A stretch of DNA of 17,614 bases from Myxococcales bacterium (GTDB lineage Bacteria; Myxococcota; Myxococcia; Myxococcales; Anaeromyxobacteraceae). Under the pieces are notes generated by a model. That model was not told the DNA's origin. It did not search any database and saw nothing but the letters and a program-made list of their open reading frames with translations. Where the stretch lies: contig JBBQEB010000074.1 in the NCBI GenBank assembly GCA_038320275.1, positions 1 through 17,614 on the forward strand, written 5' to 3'. Position 1 is the stretch's first letter; every line of letters begins with the position of its first letter. The position numbers and the translations under genes were made by a program. Positions 8,309 through 17,614 of this stretch are shown here, piece after piece.

Positions 8309-9157
8309 TCAGGGGGCGGGACGCGGTCTCCGGTAGACGAGGTCGTGGCGAAGGTGGACGAGCTCGAAGTCGGCCGTGACGTTGATCAGCGACTCCGCGT
8401 GTCCGAGGAGCAAAAACCCGCCCGGGCGCAGCTTGTCATGGAAGGTCCGTAGCACGCGCTTGCGGGCGGGCAGGTCGAAGTACATGAGCACATTGCGGCA
8501 GAAGACCACGTCCATCGCGTGGACGAGGCTCGCCATCCCCTCGTCGAGCAGATTGATGTGCCCGAAGCTCACCAGCCGGCGGATGTCGTCGCCCGCGCGC
8601 CAGCGGCCCTCCTCCGGCCGGAACCAGGGCCTGAGCCCCTCGGCCTCGGGGCTCCGGAACGCGTGCGGGCCGTAGCAGCCGGTCCGCGCGACGGCGAGCA
8701 CCCGGCGCGAGATGTCGGAGCCGAACACGTCCAGGTCCCAGCCCTCGAAGAGCCCGCTGCGGGCGAGCAGGACAGCGACGGTGTAGACCTCCTCGCCCGT
8801 GGAGCAGCCCGCGCTCCAGATGCGGAGCCGCCGCAGCTTGCCGTTGTCGCGGGCCAGCACGGGGAGGATCTCCTCGGAGAACGCCCTGAGCTGGTGGGGC
8901 TCGCGATGGAGATAGGTCTCGTTGGTGGTGAGGACCTCCGCCGCGGCCTCCAGCTCCGCGCGGCGGCCCGGGTCGTAGCGCAGGAACCGGTGGTAAGCGC
9001 TGTAGTCCGTCAGCGCGTGCGCCTGCAGGCGGGAGGCGAGCCGCCGCTCCAGGAGATAGCGCTGGTCGTCGGAGAAGATGATTCCGCAGTAATCGTGGAT
9101 CGCCTCGCGCAGGAGGCGAAACTGCTCCTCGCTCATCTCCGGCAGCTTCTCGAGCAC
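8309..9157 (-). CDS. cheR: Chemotaxis protein methyltransferase
   Basis: TTNETY, RIWSAGCSTGEE, GSDIS, DVVFCRNVLMYFD, GGFLLLGHAESL. Confidence 0.96.
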   Translation of the reverse strand: MLEKLPEMSEEQFRLLREAIHDYCGIIFSDDQRYLLERRLASRLQAHALTDYSAYHRFLRYDPGRRAELEAAAEVLTTNETYLHREPHQLRAFSEEILPVLARDNGKLRRLRIWSAGCSTGEEVYTVAVLLARSGLFEGWDLDVFGSDISRRVLAVARTGCYGPHAFRSPEAEGLRPWFRPEEGRWRAGDDIRRLVSFGHINLLDEGMASLVHAMDVVFCRNVLMYFDLPARKRVLRTFHDKLRPGGFLLLGHAESLINVTADFELVHLRHDLVYRRPRPAP

Positions 9158-9172
9158 CGCTCTCCCGCGCCC

Positions 9173-11212
9173 CTAAAGGCGCGCCTCCAGCGCTCGGATG
9201 GCCTGGCGGAGCGCCTCGGACGCGAGCGGGTCCAGCTCCGCCGCGGCCAGGCGCCGCAACGGCCCGAGGAGCGCCCCATCCCCGCGCGCGCCGAGAGTCC
9301 GGGCCGCCGTGCGGCGCACGTCCCACCTCGGGTGCCGGGCCGCCTCGAGGAGGAGCTCCGTCGCGGCGGGCTCCCGTTTCGCCGCGGCGGCGAGCACCAC
9401 CTCCTTCACCACCTCGGGATCGGGATGGCGGGCGGCCCTCGCGAGGACGCTCAGCTCCGCCATCCCCAGCGCCGCGAGCGCGTGCACGGCGGCGGCGGCG
9501 GCAGGCGCCTGAGCCTCGACATCTCCCGCGACGGCCGCCAGCGCCCGCGCGTGCTCGCTGGCGCCGCAGGCGCCGAGCGCCAGGGCGGCCGCCGCGGCGA
9601 CCAGCGGCTCGCCGTCCTCGAGGCGCTCCGCCAGCGCCCGCCGGCCTTCGGGCCAGCCTCTCCCCTTCCCGGCGACCACCCCCACCGCCTGCGCTGCGGA
9701 GGCACGCACCGCGGCGTCCGGGTCGCCGAGCGCGTGGAGGAGCCCGGTCACCGCCTGCGGCTCGACCGCGCAGCGCGCGGCGAGGCCGCTCAGCGCGCGC
9801 GCGGCCTCCACGCGCAGCCCGGCCCGGGGCGAGCGCAGGCCATCCCGAAGGGCCGGAAGGTCTTCCGGGCCGCCCAGCCGCCCCACGAGCCTGTAGCCTC
9901 CCACCGCCGGGGGGTCGACGGCGCGGGCGGCCGAGAGCACCTCCGCGCCCGAGCGCGCGCTCGCCGCTGCGAGCTCCGCCAGCGCGGCGACGGCGCTCCC
10001 CAGCACCGCTGCGTCCGGATGATCGAGGCACGCAGCGAGCGGGCCGATGGCCCCGCCCTGTCCGACCCTCCCCAGGGCGGCCAGCGCTTCGACCCTGGAC
10101 CTCTCGCTCCCGTCGGGCGCCGTGGCTGCCGAAACCAGCTCGGCGACGGCGCCGAGATGACCGTGGCGGGCCAGGTGCTCGAGCGCGAGCGCACGCGCGG
10201 CCGGTGCAAGGTCCCCGGCAGTGCCGGCCAGCGCCTGCGCGCCCTCCGACCCCGAGGCGGTCAGGGCCTCCGCGGCCAGGGCTCGCAGCGCCTCGTCGGC
10301 GCCGGCCGCGGCGAGCGCCGGCGCATGCCGGGCCTCGGCCGACCAGCGGAGGAGCATCAAGGCCCCTGCGCGAAGGCCGAGCTCCTCGCCTTCGAGCGCG
10401 CCCGCGGCAGTCTCGCGGGCGAGACGCTCGCTCGCCGCCCGCCGGGCGGCCTCCTCCAGCGCAGCGGCCGGGGCGTCGGGTCGCAGCCTCGCGGTCCCGA
10501 GGCTCAGCAGCGCCACCTCGCGCGTGGCCCGCGAGGGGCTTTCCAGGGCCCGCACCAGGAGCTCTAGCGCCCGCGGCTCGTCGCTGAAGGCCGCTGCGCG
10601 GAGGGCAGGCCGGAGCAAGGCCGGACGCTGCGCCAGCCTCTCCAGCGTGGCCGCCGAGGGCGGAGCGCGCAGCCGCTCGAGGGCCGCAAGGGCGGCGGCC
10701 GCGAGGGTTTCGTCCCCTCCGTCGAGCGCGAGCGTCAGCCTCTCCAGCGCGGCGGGCCCGCCGATCTTGCCCAGCGCCTCCGCCGCCGCGCTCCGGCCAT
10801 TGCCGTCGCCCTCCAGCAGTTGCCGCGCGAGCCCGGGCACCGCCGCCAGGTCTCCCAGGTCGCCCAGGATCTCGGCGGCCGCGGTGCGGAGCTCCGGCGA
10901 GCCGGCCGACAGCGACGCCAGGAGCGGGGGCAGGGCCGCCGCCCCCAGCCGCACCAGGGCCTCCGCAGCGGCCCCGCGCGCGTTCGGGTCTGCCTCTGCT
11001 CCGAGCGCTGGTACGAGCGCGTCCACCGCGGCGAGCGCATCCGCGAGGACGATGGCGTCCAGCGCCGCGCTGCGCACCCGCCAGCTGGGATCAGCGAGGT
11101 GCGCCACCAGGCCGGGGAGCGCCGCGGGGTCCCGGCCGTCGAGCGCGAGGACGGCCCGGTACCGCAGCTCGTCGTCGCTCGAGGCGGCTGCCGGCGAGAG
11201 CGGCTCGCTCAC
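9173..11212 (-). CDS. HEAT/PBS-lyase repeat protein of the chemosensory cluster
   Basis: Repeated units such as LADPSWRVRSAA, PELRTAAAEILGDLG, LGDPDAAVRASAAQ, HPDPEVVKE, HPRWDVRRTAA. The GTG start overlaps the cheW stop. Confidence 0.88.
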   Translation of the reverse strand: MSEPLSPAAASSDDELRYRAVLALDGRDPAALPGLVAHLADPSWRVRSAALDAIVLADALAAVDALVPALGAEADPNARGAAAEALVRLGAAALPPLLASLSAGSPELRTAAAEILGDLGDLAAVPGLARQLLEGDGNGRSAAAEALGKIGGPAALERLTLALDGGDETLAAAALAALERLRAPPSAATLERLAQRPALLRPALRAAAFSDEPRALELLVRALESPSRATREVALLSLGTARLRPDAPAAALEEAARRAASERLARETAAGALEGEELGLRAGALMLLRWSAEARHAPALAAAGADEALRALAAEALTASGSEGAQALAGTAGDLAPAARALALEHLARHGHLGAVAELVSAATAPDGSERSRVEALAALGRVGQGGAIGPLAACLDHPDAAVLGSAVAALAELAAASARSGAEVLSAARAVDPPAVGGYRLVGRLGGPEDLPALRDGLRSPRAGLRVEAARALSGLAARCAVEPQAVTGLLHALGDPDAAVRASAAQAVGVVAGKGRGWPEGRRALAERLEDGEPLVAAAAALALGACGASEHARALAAVAGDVEAQAPAAAAAVHALAALGMAELSVLARAARHPDPEVVKEVVLAAAAKREPAATELLLEAARHPRWDVRRTAARTLGARGDGALLGPLRRLAAAELDPLASEALRQAIRALEARL

Positions 11213-11802
11213 GGCGCGCCGCCCTCACCGCCGGAAAGGGCGCGGGCTGCGAGCGCCCTGGCGGGAGCGTCCGGAAGGAGGAGCGCCTTCACGTTGAGCA
11301 GGAGCCGCAGCCGGCTGGGGGGACGGCCGGGAGCCGGTGCGCGCGGCGACGCGGGCGGGCGGGCGGCTTGCGGCGGCCGGCCTTCGCGCGCGCCGCACAC
11401 GCCCAGGAAGAGCGCCGAGCGCCCCGTGCCGGCTCCCAGCGGCGCCGGTCCCAGGGCTGCGCGGGTGGTGCGGACCACCTCCAGGACGCCGTCCACCAGG
11501 AGCCCGAGCACCCGGTCGGCCACCCGCACGACCAGGATCTTGGGCCGGCTCCCCGCGCCCGGGGCGAGCCCGAGCCGTTTGCGCACGTCCACCAGCGGGA
11601 GCACCTCGCCGCGTAGGTTCACCACCCCCTCGAAGACCGCGGAAGCGCGCGGCACCGGGGTGATGGGCAGCGGCTGCACGATCTCGCGGATGCGCCGCAG
11701 GTCGATCGCGTACTCCTCGTCGCCCACCCGGAAGGCGCACAGCTCCACCCGCGGGTCCTCCGGCGCGGGCTGCGGCCGGGTGGTGAGCGCGCGCCCGCTC
11801 AC
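11209..11802 (-). CDS. cheW: CheW coupling protein (second copy)
   Basis: AFRVGDEEYAIDLRRIREI, ITPVPRA, GVVNLRGEVLPLVDVR, GLLVDGVLEV. Likely GTG start at 11802, overlapping the upstream cheW stop (GTGA). Confidence 0.9.
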   Translation of the reverse strand: MSGRALTTRPQPAPEDPRVELCAFRVGDEEYAIDLRRIREIVQPLPITPVPRASAVFEGVVNLRGEVLPLVDVRKRLGLAPGAGSRPKILVVRVADRVLGLLVDGVLEVVRTTRAALGPAPLGAGTGRSALFLGVCGAREGRPPQAARPPASPRAPAPGRPPSRLRLLLNVKALLLPDAPARALAARALSGGEGGAP

Positions 11803-12374
11803 CGCAGGCCCTCGACAGCCTCTGTGGCAGCATGCGCCGGAGCCGCTTCGGAGCGCAGGAGCACCCCCAGGTCGAGGAGAAGGAGGAGCCGGTTTCCCAC
11901 CCGCCCCACGCCCTGCACGAGCTCGTCCGCTGCGTTGCCGATGCTCGGGCGAGCCTCCACCGCCGAGCTGGGCAGCCGCACCACCTCCGAGACCCCATCG
12001 ACCAGGAGCCCCACCGGCCCCCCGCCCCCTTCGCACACGATGACCCGAGCCTTCGCCCCGGGGGGCGCTCGCGGCAGCCCGAGCCGCGCCCGTGGGTCGA
12101 CGACGGCGATCACCTCGCCCCGGACCATGATCACGCCGAGCACGTGGGTGGGCGCCCGCGGGACCTCGGTGATGGACGGAGCTTTCAGGATCTCGCGGAC
12201 CACCTCGATGCCGATGGCGTGCTCTTCGCCGGCGAGATCGAAGACGAGCCAGTCCCGGAGAGCCTCGGCGAGCTCCGGGCGCGCCCGAGCCGCCCCGGGC
12301 ACGAGCAGCTCCGGGAGGTCCAGCGCCGGCTCGTCCTCGCGCCAGAAGAACTCGTCGAGCGGGTCGCGGTCCAT
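11799..12374 (-). CDS. cheW: CheW coupling protein (first copy)
   Basis: FDLAGEEHAIGIEVVREI, ITEVPRAP, GVIMVRGEVIAVVD, GLLVDGVSEVV, RLLLLLDL. Confidence 0.92.
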   Translation of the reverse strand: MDRDPLDEFFWREDEPALDLPELLVPGAARARPELAEALRDWLVFDLAGEEHAIGIEVVREILKAPSITEVPRAPTHVLGVIMVRGEVIAVVDPRARLGLPRAPPGAKARVIVCEGGGGPVGLLVDGVSEVVRLPSSAVEARPSIGNAADELVQGVGRVGNRLLLLLDLGVLLRSEAAPAHAATEAVEGLR

Positions 12375-12439
12375 GCCGCGAGTCTACCCCGGAGAGCGCC
12401 TGCCTCCGAGCCGGCGACCGCGGAGGTCCTGCCCGGGCG

Positions 12440-14626
12440 TCACCCCGTTCCGGCGGCGACCATCCCGTCGCGATGCAGCACCTCCTCGATGATGGAGCCC
12501 ACGTCGAGCACGAGCACCGTCCGGCGATTCCCGAGGTCGGTCGCGCCGGAGATCCCGCGGACCCCCGCGAGCTCCCGCCCGAGCCCCTTCACCACGATGT
12601 CCTGCTGGCCTTCGAGGCCATCCACCGCGAGGCCCAGCCGCTCCTGCGCCAGCCCCACCACCGCGACGAAGAGGGGTCCGGGAGGCGGCTCGCTGGGCCG
12701 CCCGAGGAACGCCCCCAGCCGGACGATGGGCAGCGTGGCGCCCCGGAGCGTGATGACCTCCCGCCGCGACAGCGTGCGCAGCTCCGCCCGCTCCACGGTC
12801 ACGATCTCGAGCACGCTGCTGAGCGGCACCGCGTAGATGCGCTCCGAGGCGCGCACCACCAGCGCGCGGATGATGGCGAGGGTGGTGGGGAGCGTGATCT
12901 CGAAGCGGGTGCCCCTGCCCAGCTCGGTGTGAAGGTCGATGATGCCGCTCATCGCCGCGATGTTGCTCTTCACGACGTCCATGCCGACGCCGCGCCCCGA
13001 CAGCGCGGTGACCTGCCGCGCCGTCGAGAAGCTGGGAAGGAAGATGAGGTTCAGGATCTCCCGCCGCCCCATCCCGCTCACCGCCTCCGGCGTGACGAGC
13101 CCCCGCTCCAGCGCCACCGCGCGGATGCGGGCGTCGTCCATGCCGGCCCCGTCGTCCTCCACCGTGACGAGGACGTGGTTTCCCTTCTGCTCCGCCTCCA
13201 GCACCACGCGCCCGGCCGGCGGCTTCCCGGCCCGGAGCCGCGCGTCGGGCGGCTCGATGGCGTGGTCGATGGCGTTGCGGATGAGGTGCATGAGCGGGTC
13301 GGAGAGGCTCTCCACGATGAGCTTGTCGAGCTCCACGCTCCCGCCGCGAACCTCCAGCTCCACCGACTTGCCGAGATCGCGCGCGAGCTTGCGGACCATG
13401 CGCGACAGCTTGTCGAACACGGGGCCGATCGGGACCATTCGCACCTCGAGGATGCCCCCCTGGAGCTCGTTCAGCTTGCGCTCGAGCCTGCGGCTCTCGC
13501 GCTGGAGCTCGAGGCCCACGGTGCTGGAGTGCTCGCCTGCGCGCAGTCGCTCCGCGATGCCGAGGAGGCTCGTCTTCGCGAGCACGAGCTCGCCGACCAG
13601 GTTCATCAGCCGATCGAGCTTGGAGATGTCGACCCGGACCGCCTGCGAGACGGAGCGCAGGGAGGCGAGCCCCTCCGCGATGCCCGGCTCGCTCGAGGCC
13701 GCGCCAGGTCCGGCGGAGGCCGCGCCGCGCTCGATCGCCTGGCGCGCCTCCTGGGCCGAGACCGGCAGCGAGGTGGGCAGCGCAGGGGCCGGCGCGGGCG
13801 GCGGGTGGACCGCTGCCGCCGGGGGGGGCCGCTCCGCGGGGGGGGCGACCGAGGACGGCGCGGCCGCCGCGAGCCCGCGGCGCGGCACCTCGTCCACCTG
13901 CGCGCCCGGCGCGGCGGCGCGCAGCTCCTCCAGCGCGCGCGAGCTCCCGACGAGCACCTCGAAGGCGATGGCGGAGGGGTCGACGGCCCCGCTGGCGGGC
14001 AAGGTGGAGATCACCTCGCCGAGCCCCTTGAAGCTCGTCTTGAGCGCGTCGAGATCCTTGTCGAAGGTGGCGAGGTCGAACGCGGCGCGGGCTCGAACGA
14101 TGCGCACGCCGGAGCGGGCGAGGTTGGTGCGGAGCCGGTGCTCCTCGTACTCGGTCAGAACCCCGCGCACGGCCGGGTCGAGCGCGAGACCGTCCAGGAG
14201 GTCTCCGGGCGCGGGCTCGGTGGCCGATGCGGCGCCCCGCAGCCTCGACGCCAGGGTTTCGGCCCCCTCGCCCGTCGAGGGCGGCTCCCGAGCCGACTCC
14301 TCCGCGATCATGCGGGAGAACAGCGGGGGGGCTTGCAGGAGCAGGTCGCTGGTGGAGCGGTCGAGCGGCTTGCGGCCCATCCGCACGTCGTCGAGGCGAT
14401 CCTCGAGGGCATGTGCGAGCTTCGTCATCCGCTCGATGCCGAACATCGCGGCGAGGCCCTTCAGCGAGTGCGCGGCGCGAAAGACCGCGTTCAGCGCGTC
14501 CGGATCGGCCTCCTCACCCCCGCGCGACTCGTCGAGGCGCGCGAGCCCGGTGTCGAGGGCTTCGATGATCTCCTGCGCCTCGGAGACGAAGTCGGAGAGC
14601 GCTTTCTGGGAGGGGCGGTCGGCCAT
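12440..14626 (-). CDS. cheA: Chemotaxis histidine kinase CheA (P1-P2-P3-P4-P5)
   Basis: FRAAHSLKG (Hpt His), VRVDISKLDRLMNLVGELV (P3), HLIRNAIDH / EDDGAG / SGRGVGMDVV (P4), C-terminal CheW-like P5. Confidence 0.97.
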   Translation of the reverse strand: MADRPSQKALSDFVSEAQEIIEALDTGLARLDESRGGEEADPDALNAVFRAAHSLKGLAAMFGIERMTKLAHALEDRLDDVRMGRKPLDRSTSDLLLQAPPLFSRMIAEESAREPPSTGEGAETLASRLRGAASATEPAPGDLLDGLALDPAVRGVLTEYEEHRLRTNLARSGVRIVRARAAFDLATFDKDLDALKTSFKGLGEVISTLPASGAVDPSAIAFEVLVGSSRALEELRAAAPGAQVDEVPRRGLAAAAPSSVAPPAERPPPAAAVHPPPAPAPALPTSLPVSAQEARQAIERGAASAGPGAASSEPGIAEGLASLRSVSQAVRVDISKLDRLMNLVGELVLAKTSLLGIAERLRAGEHSSTVGLELQRESRRLERKLNELQGGILEVRMVPIGPVFDKLSRMVRKLARDLGKSVELEVRGGSVELDKLIVESLSDPLMHLIRNAIDHAIEPPDARLRAGKPPAGRVVLEAEQKGNHVLVTVEDDGAGMDDARIRAVALERGLVTPEAVSGMGRREILNLIFLPSFSTARQVTALSGRGVGMDVVKSNIAAMSGIIDLHTELGRGTRFEITLPTTLAIIRALVVRASERIYAVPLSSVLEIVTVERAELRTLSRREVITLRGATLPIVRLGAFLGRPSEPPPGPLFVAVVGLAQERLGLAVDGLEGQQDIVVKGLGRELAGVRGISGATDLGNRRTVLVLDVGSIIEEVLHRDGMVAAGTG

Positions 14627-14686
14627 GCGGAGAGGAGCCCTGCGCGCCTTTCGCCGCCGAAAGGGGCGACCGGAGCTTCGGGCGGA

Positions 14687-14695
14687 AGCCTATCA
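14687..14695 (-). promoter_or_regulatory. Extended -10 promoter candidate (TGaTAGGCT) upstream of cheA
   Basis: Minus strand reads TGA-TAGGCT, where the TGA is the upstream gene's stop. It lies ~60 nt before the cheA ATG. Confidence 0.4.
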
Positions 14696-15268
14696 CGGCG
14701 CGCGCGCGCGGCGAGGCTCCGGCGCGCGCGCGGGCTCGCGCGTGGGCGGCGGCACGATCTCGAGCTGCATCGCCGCGAGCGCCTGGCGCGCGTCGAGCAG
14801 CCTCTTCCAGAGAGAGCGCGCGTCCCCCAGCAGCACCAGCCGGGCGGGAGGGGCGCGCACCAGCGCTGCCAGCAAAGCCTGCGCGACGGGCAGCTCGCTC
14901 TCGCCCGCCACGGCCGGGAGCGCCCCCGCCCAGGAGGTGCTGCCCGCCCTCGCCATGGCGACGCAGACCTTCTCGCAGGTGGCGGCGAGCTCCCGCTCGT
15001 CGGCCGCCGGCGTGGGGGCGCCGAAGCAGAAGATGCGCGGCACCGCCAGGCGGCCGCCGGATGGAAGGAGGAGCGACTCACCCGCGTCCGGACCGTAGCT
15101 CCCCTCGCGGATGGCGCGGGAGACGAGCCCACACAGCCGCCAGTCCGCGAACCCGGCCAACCCCTGCAGCGGTCGCTCCGGGCCGACGAACACGGCCAGC
15201 GCATCGACGTCGAGCGCATCGACGGCGGCCATGCTCAGGTCGGCCATCTCGATGCGCGTGAGCAGCAT
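14693..15268 (-). CDS. Stand-alone leucyl aminopeptidase (M17) N-terminal-domain protein
   Basis: ERPLQGLAGFADWRLCGLVSRAI...GESLLLP...RIFCFG resembles the Peptidase_M17_N domain. At 191 aa it has no catalytic domain. Confidence 0.7.
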   Translation of the reverse strand: MLLTRIEMADLSMAAVDALDVDALAVFVGPERPLQGLAGFADWRLCGLVSRAIREGSYGPDAGESLLLPSGGRLAVPRIFCFGAPTPAADERELAATCEKVCVAMARAGSTSWAGALPAVAGESELPVAQALLAALVRAPPARLVLLGDARSLWKRLLDARQALAAMQLEIVPPPTREPARAPEPRRARAP

Positions 15269-15269
15269 G

Positions 15270-15704
15270 TCAGCTTTCGCCCCGGCGGGCGGGAGGCAAC
15301 TCGCTCGCGATGCGGTCGAGCACCCCGTTGATGAAGGCGCCCGAGCTCTCGCTCCCGAACTTCTTTCCGAGCTCGATCCCCTCGTCGATGACGACGTTCA
15401 CAGGGACGTCGGGCCGGTGCAGGAGCTCGTGGACGGAGAGGCGCAGGATGTTGCGATCGACCTTGGCCATGCGATCGAGACGCCAGTTCGTGGAGACCGC
15501 CTCGATGGCGTCGTCGATGACGCGCCGGTGCCCAGCCACGCCCCGCACCAGCCCCTCCGCGAGCGTCATGACCTCCCGCTCCACCGGCTCGAAGCTGCGC
15601 CAGAACCGGGAGAGAGCCTCGTCGAGGTCGGTGGCGGCGACGTCGATCTGGTAGAGGGCCTGGACGGCCCGCTCCCTCGCCTTGGTGCGCTTGCCCTGAG
15701 CCAT
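15270..15704 (-). CDS. nusB: Transcription antitermination factor NusB
   Basis: [51 protein letters not shown]. It follows ribH. Confidence 0.97.
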   Translation of the reverse strand: MAQGKRTKARERAVQALYQIDVAATDLDEALSRFWRSFEPVEREVMTLAEGLVRGVAGHRRVIDDAIEAVSTNWRLDRMAKVDRNILRLSVHELLHRPDVPVNVVIDEGIELGKKFGSESSGAFINGVLDRIASELPPARRGES

Positions 15705-15716
15705 TCCGGGAGGAGC

Positions 15717-16210
15717 CTACCTTTGCGCGCGGTGGACGCCGCGGCCGGCCGCCTCGACCGCCTTGAAGACGTTCGCCTGCTCGATGGCGGCGGTGGCGGC
15801 CTCGGCGCCCTTGTTGCCCGCCTTCACCCCCGCGCGCTCCAGGGCCTGTTCCATGGTGTCGCAGGTGAGGATCCCCATGGCGATGGCGCAGGGCGCCTCC
15901 ATGGCGACGTGGCCGACGCCCTTGGTGGCCTCGGCCGCGACGTACTCGAAGTGCGGAGTGCCCCCGCGGATGACGGCTCCCAGCGCCACCACCCCGTCGT
16001 AGTTGCCGGAGAGGGCCACCCGCTTGAGGAGCGCCGTCAGCTCGAACGTCCCGGGGCACCGGAAGACGTCCAGCGCAGCGTCATCGACGCCGTGGCGGCG
16101 CAACGTGTCGAGCGCGCCCGAGAGGAGCTGCTCGGTGACGAGAGAGTTGAAGCGGGCGACCACGATGGCGAAGCGCAGCCCGGTGGCGACGAGGGAGCCC
16201 TCGAAGACGT

Positions 16211-16214
<4 letters not shown>
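15717..16214 (-). CDS. ribH: 6,7-dimethyl-8-ribityllumazine synthase
   Basis: ATG at 16214 (MNVFEG), overlapping the ribBA stop. [42 protein letters not shown]. Confidence 0.97.
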
Positions 16215-17501
<1,287 letters not shown>

Positions 17502-17509
<8 letters not shown>

Positions 17510-17614
17510 AGCCGTTCTCCTTCAGCGTCGCGAGGGTCAGCCCGCCATCCTGCGCGCGCGGTCCGAGCAGCCGCTCGATGTACTTGCCCACGAGATCGAC
17601 CTCGAGGTTCAGCC
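17502..17614 (-). CDS. ribE: Riboflavin synthase, C-terminal end (partial, enters from the right edge)
   Basis: Manual translation [16 protein letters not shown]...[12 protein letters not shown] matches the VNLEvD.igKYverl C-terminal motif. Its stop overlaps the ribBA start. Confidence 0.88.

Noticed and set aside
14640..14686. Hairpin CCTTTCG-ccgc-CGAAAGG in the cheA leader as a c-di-GMP/cGAMP (GEMM) riboswitch
   Set aside because: It lacks the GGCAAAC...GACGCAAAG core and the leader is too short.
8436..15331. Many long Arg/Gly/Ala-rich shadow ORFs (e.g. 12473..15331, 12939..15098, 8519..10567)
   Set aside because: They are alternative or antisense frames of well-supported che genes, with no recognisable domains.

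Overview
Very GC-rich bacterial chromosomal segment. Gene content and order suggest Myxococcota/deltaproteobacteria (Anaeromyxobacter-like); this is inference. Left to right: 5' part of a signal-peptide/TPR-like gene (-), mazG (+), a ~495 bp non-coding gap, rpsT (+), lptE-leuS (-), asnS (+), a multi-hairpin intergenic element, a receptor-less chemosensory cluster cheA-cheW-cheW-HEAT-cheR-cheB-cheY (-, Che8-like), and ribE(3' end)-ribBA-ribH-nusB plus a stand-alone M17 N-terminal-domain gene (-). The most notable non-coding signal is in the mazG-rpsT gap. It holds co-oriented DnaA-box-like 9-mers on an ~11-bp register, then an IHF-like site with the same spacing as lambda H', then a near-perfect DnaA box. 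This is a candidate datA/DARS-like replication-control locus with no dnaA in the window. More DnaA-box-like sites overlap the mazG start. Other signals are a REP-like six-hairpin element and repeated -10 hexamers just upstream of start codons (short-leader or leaderless promoters).
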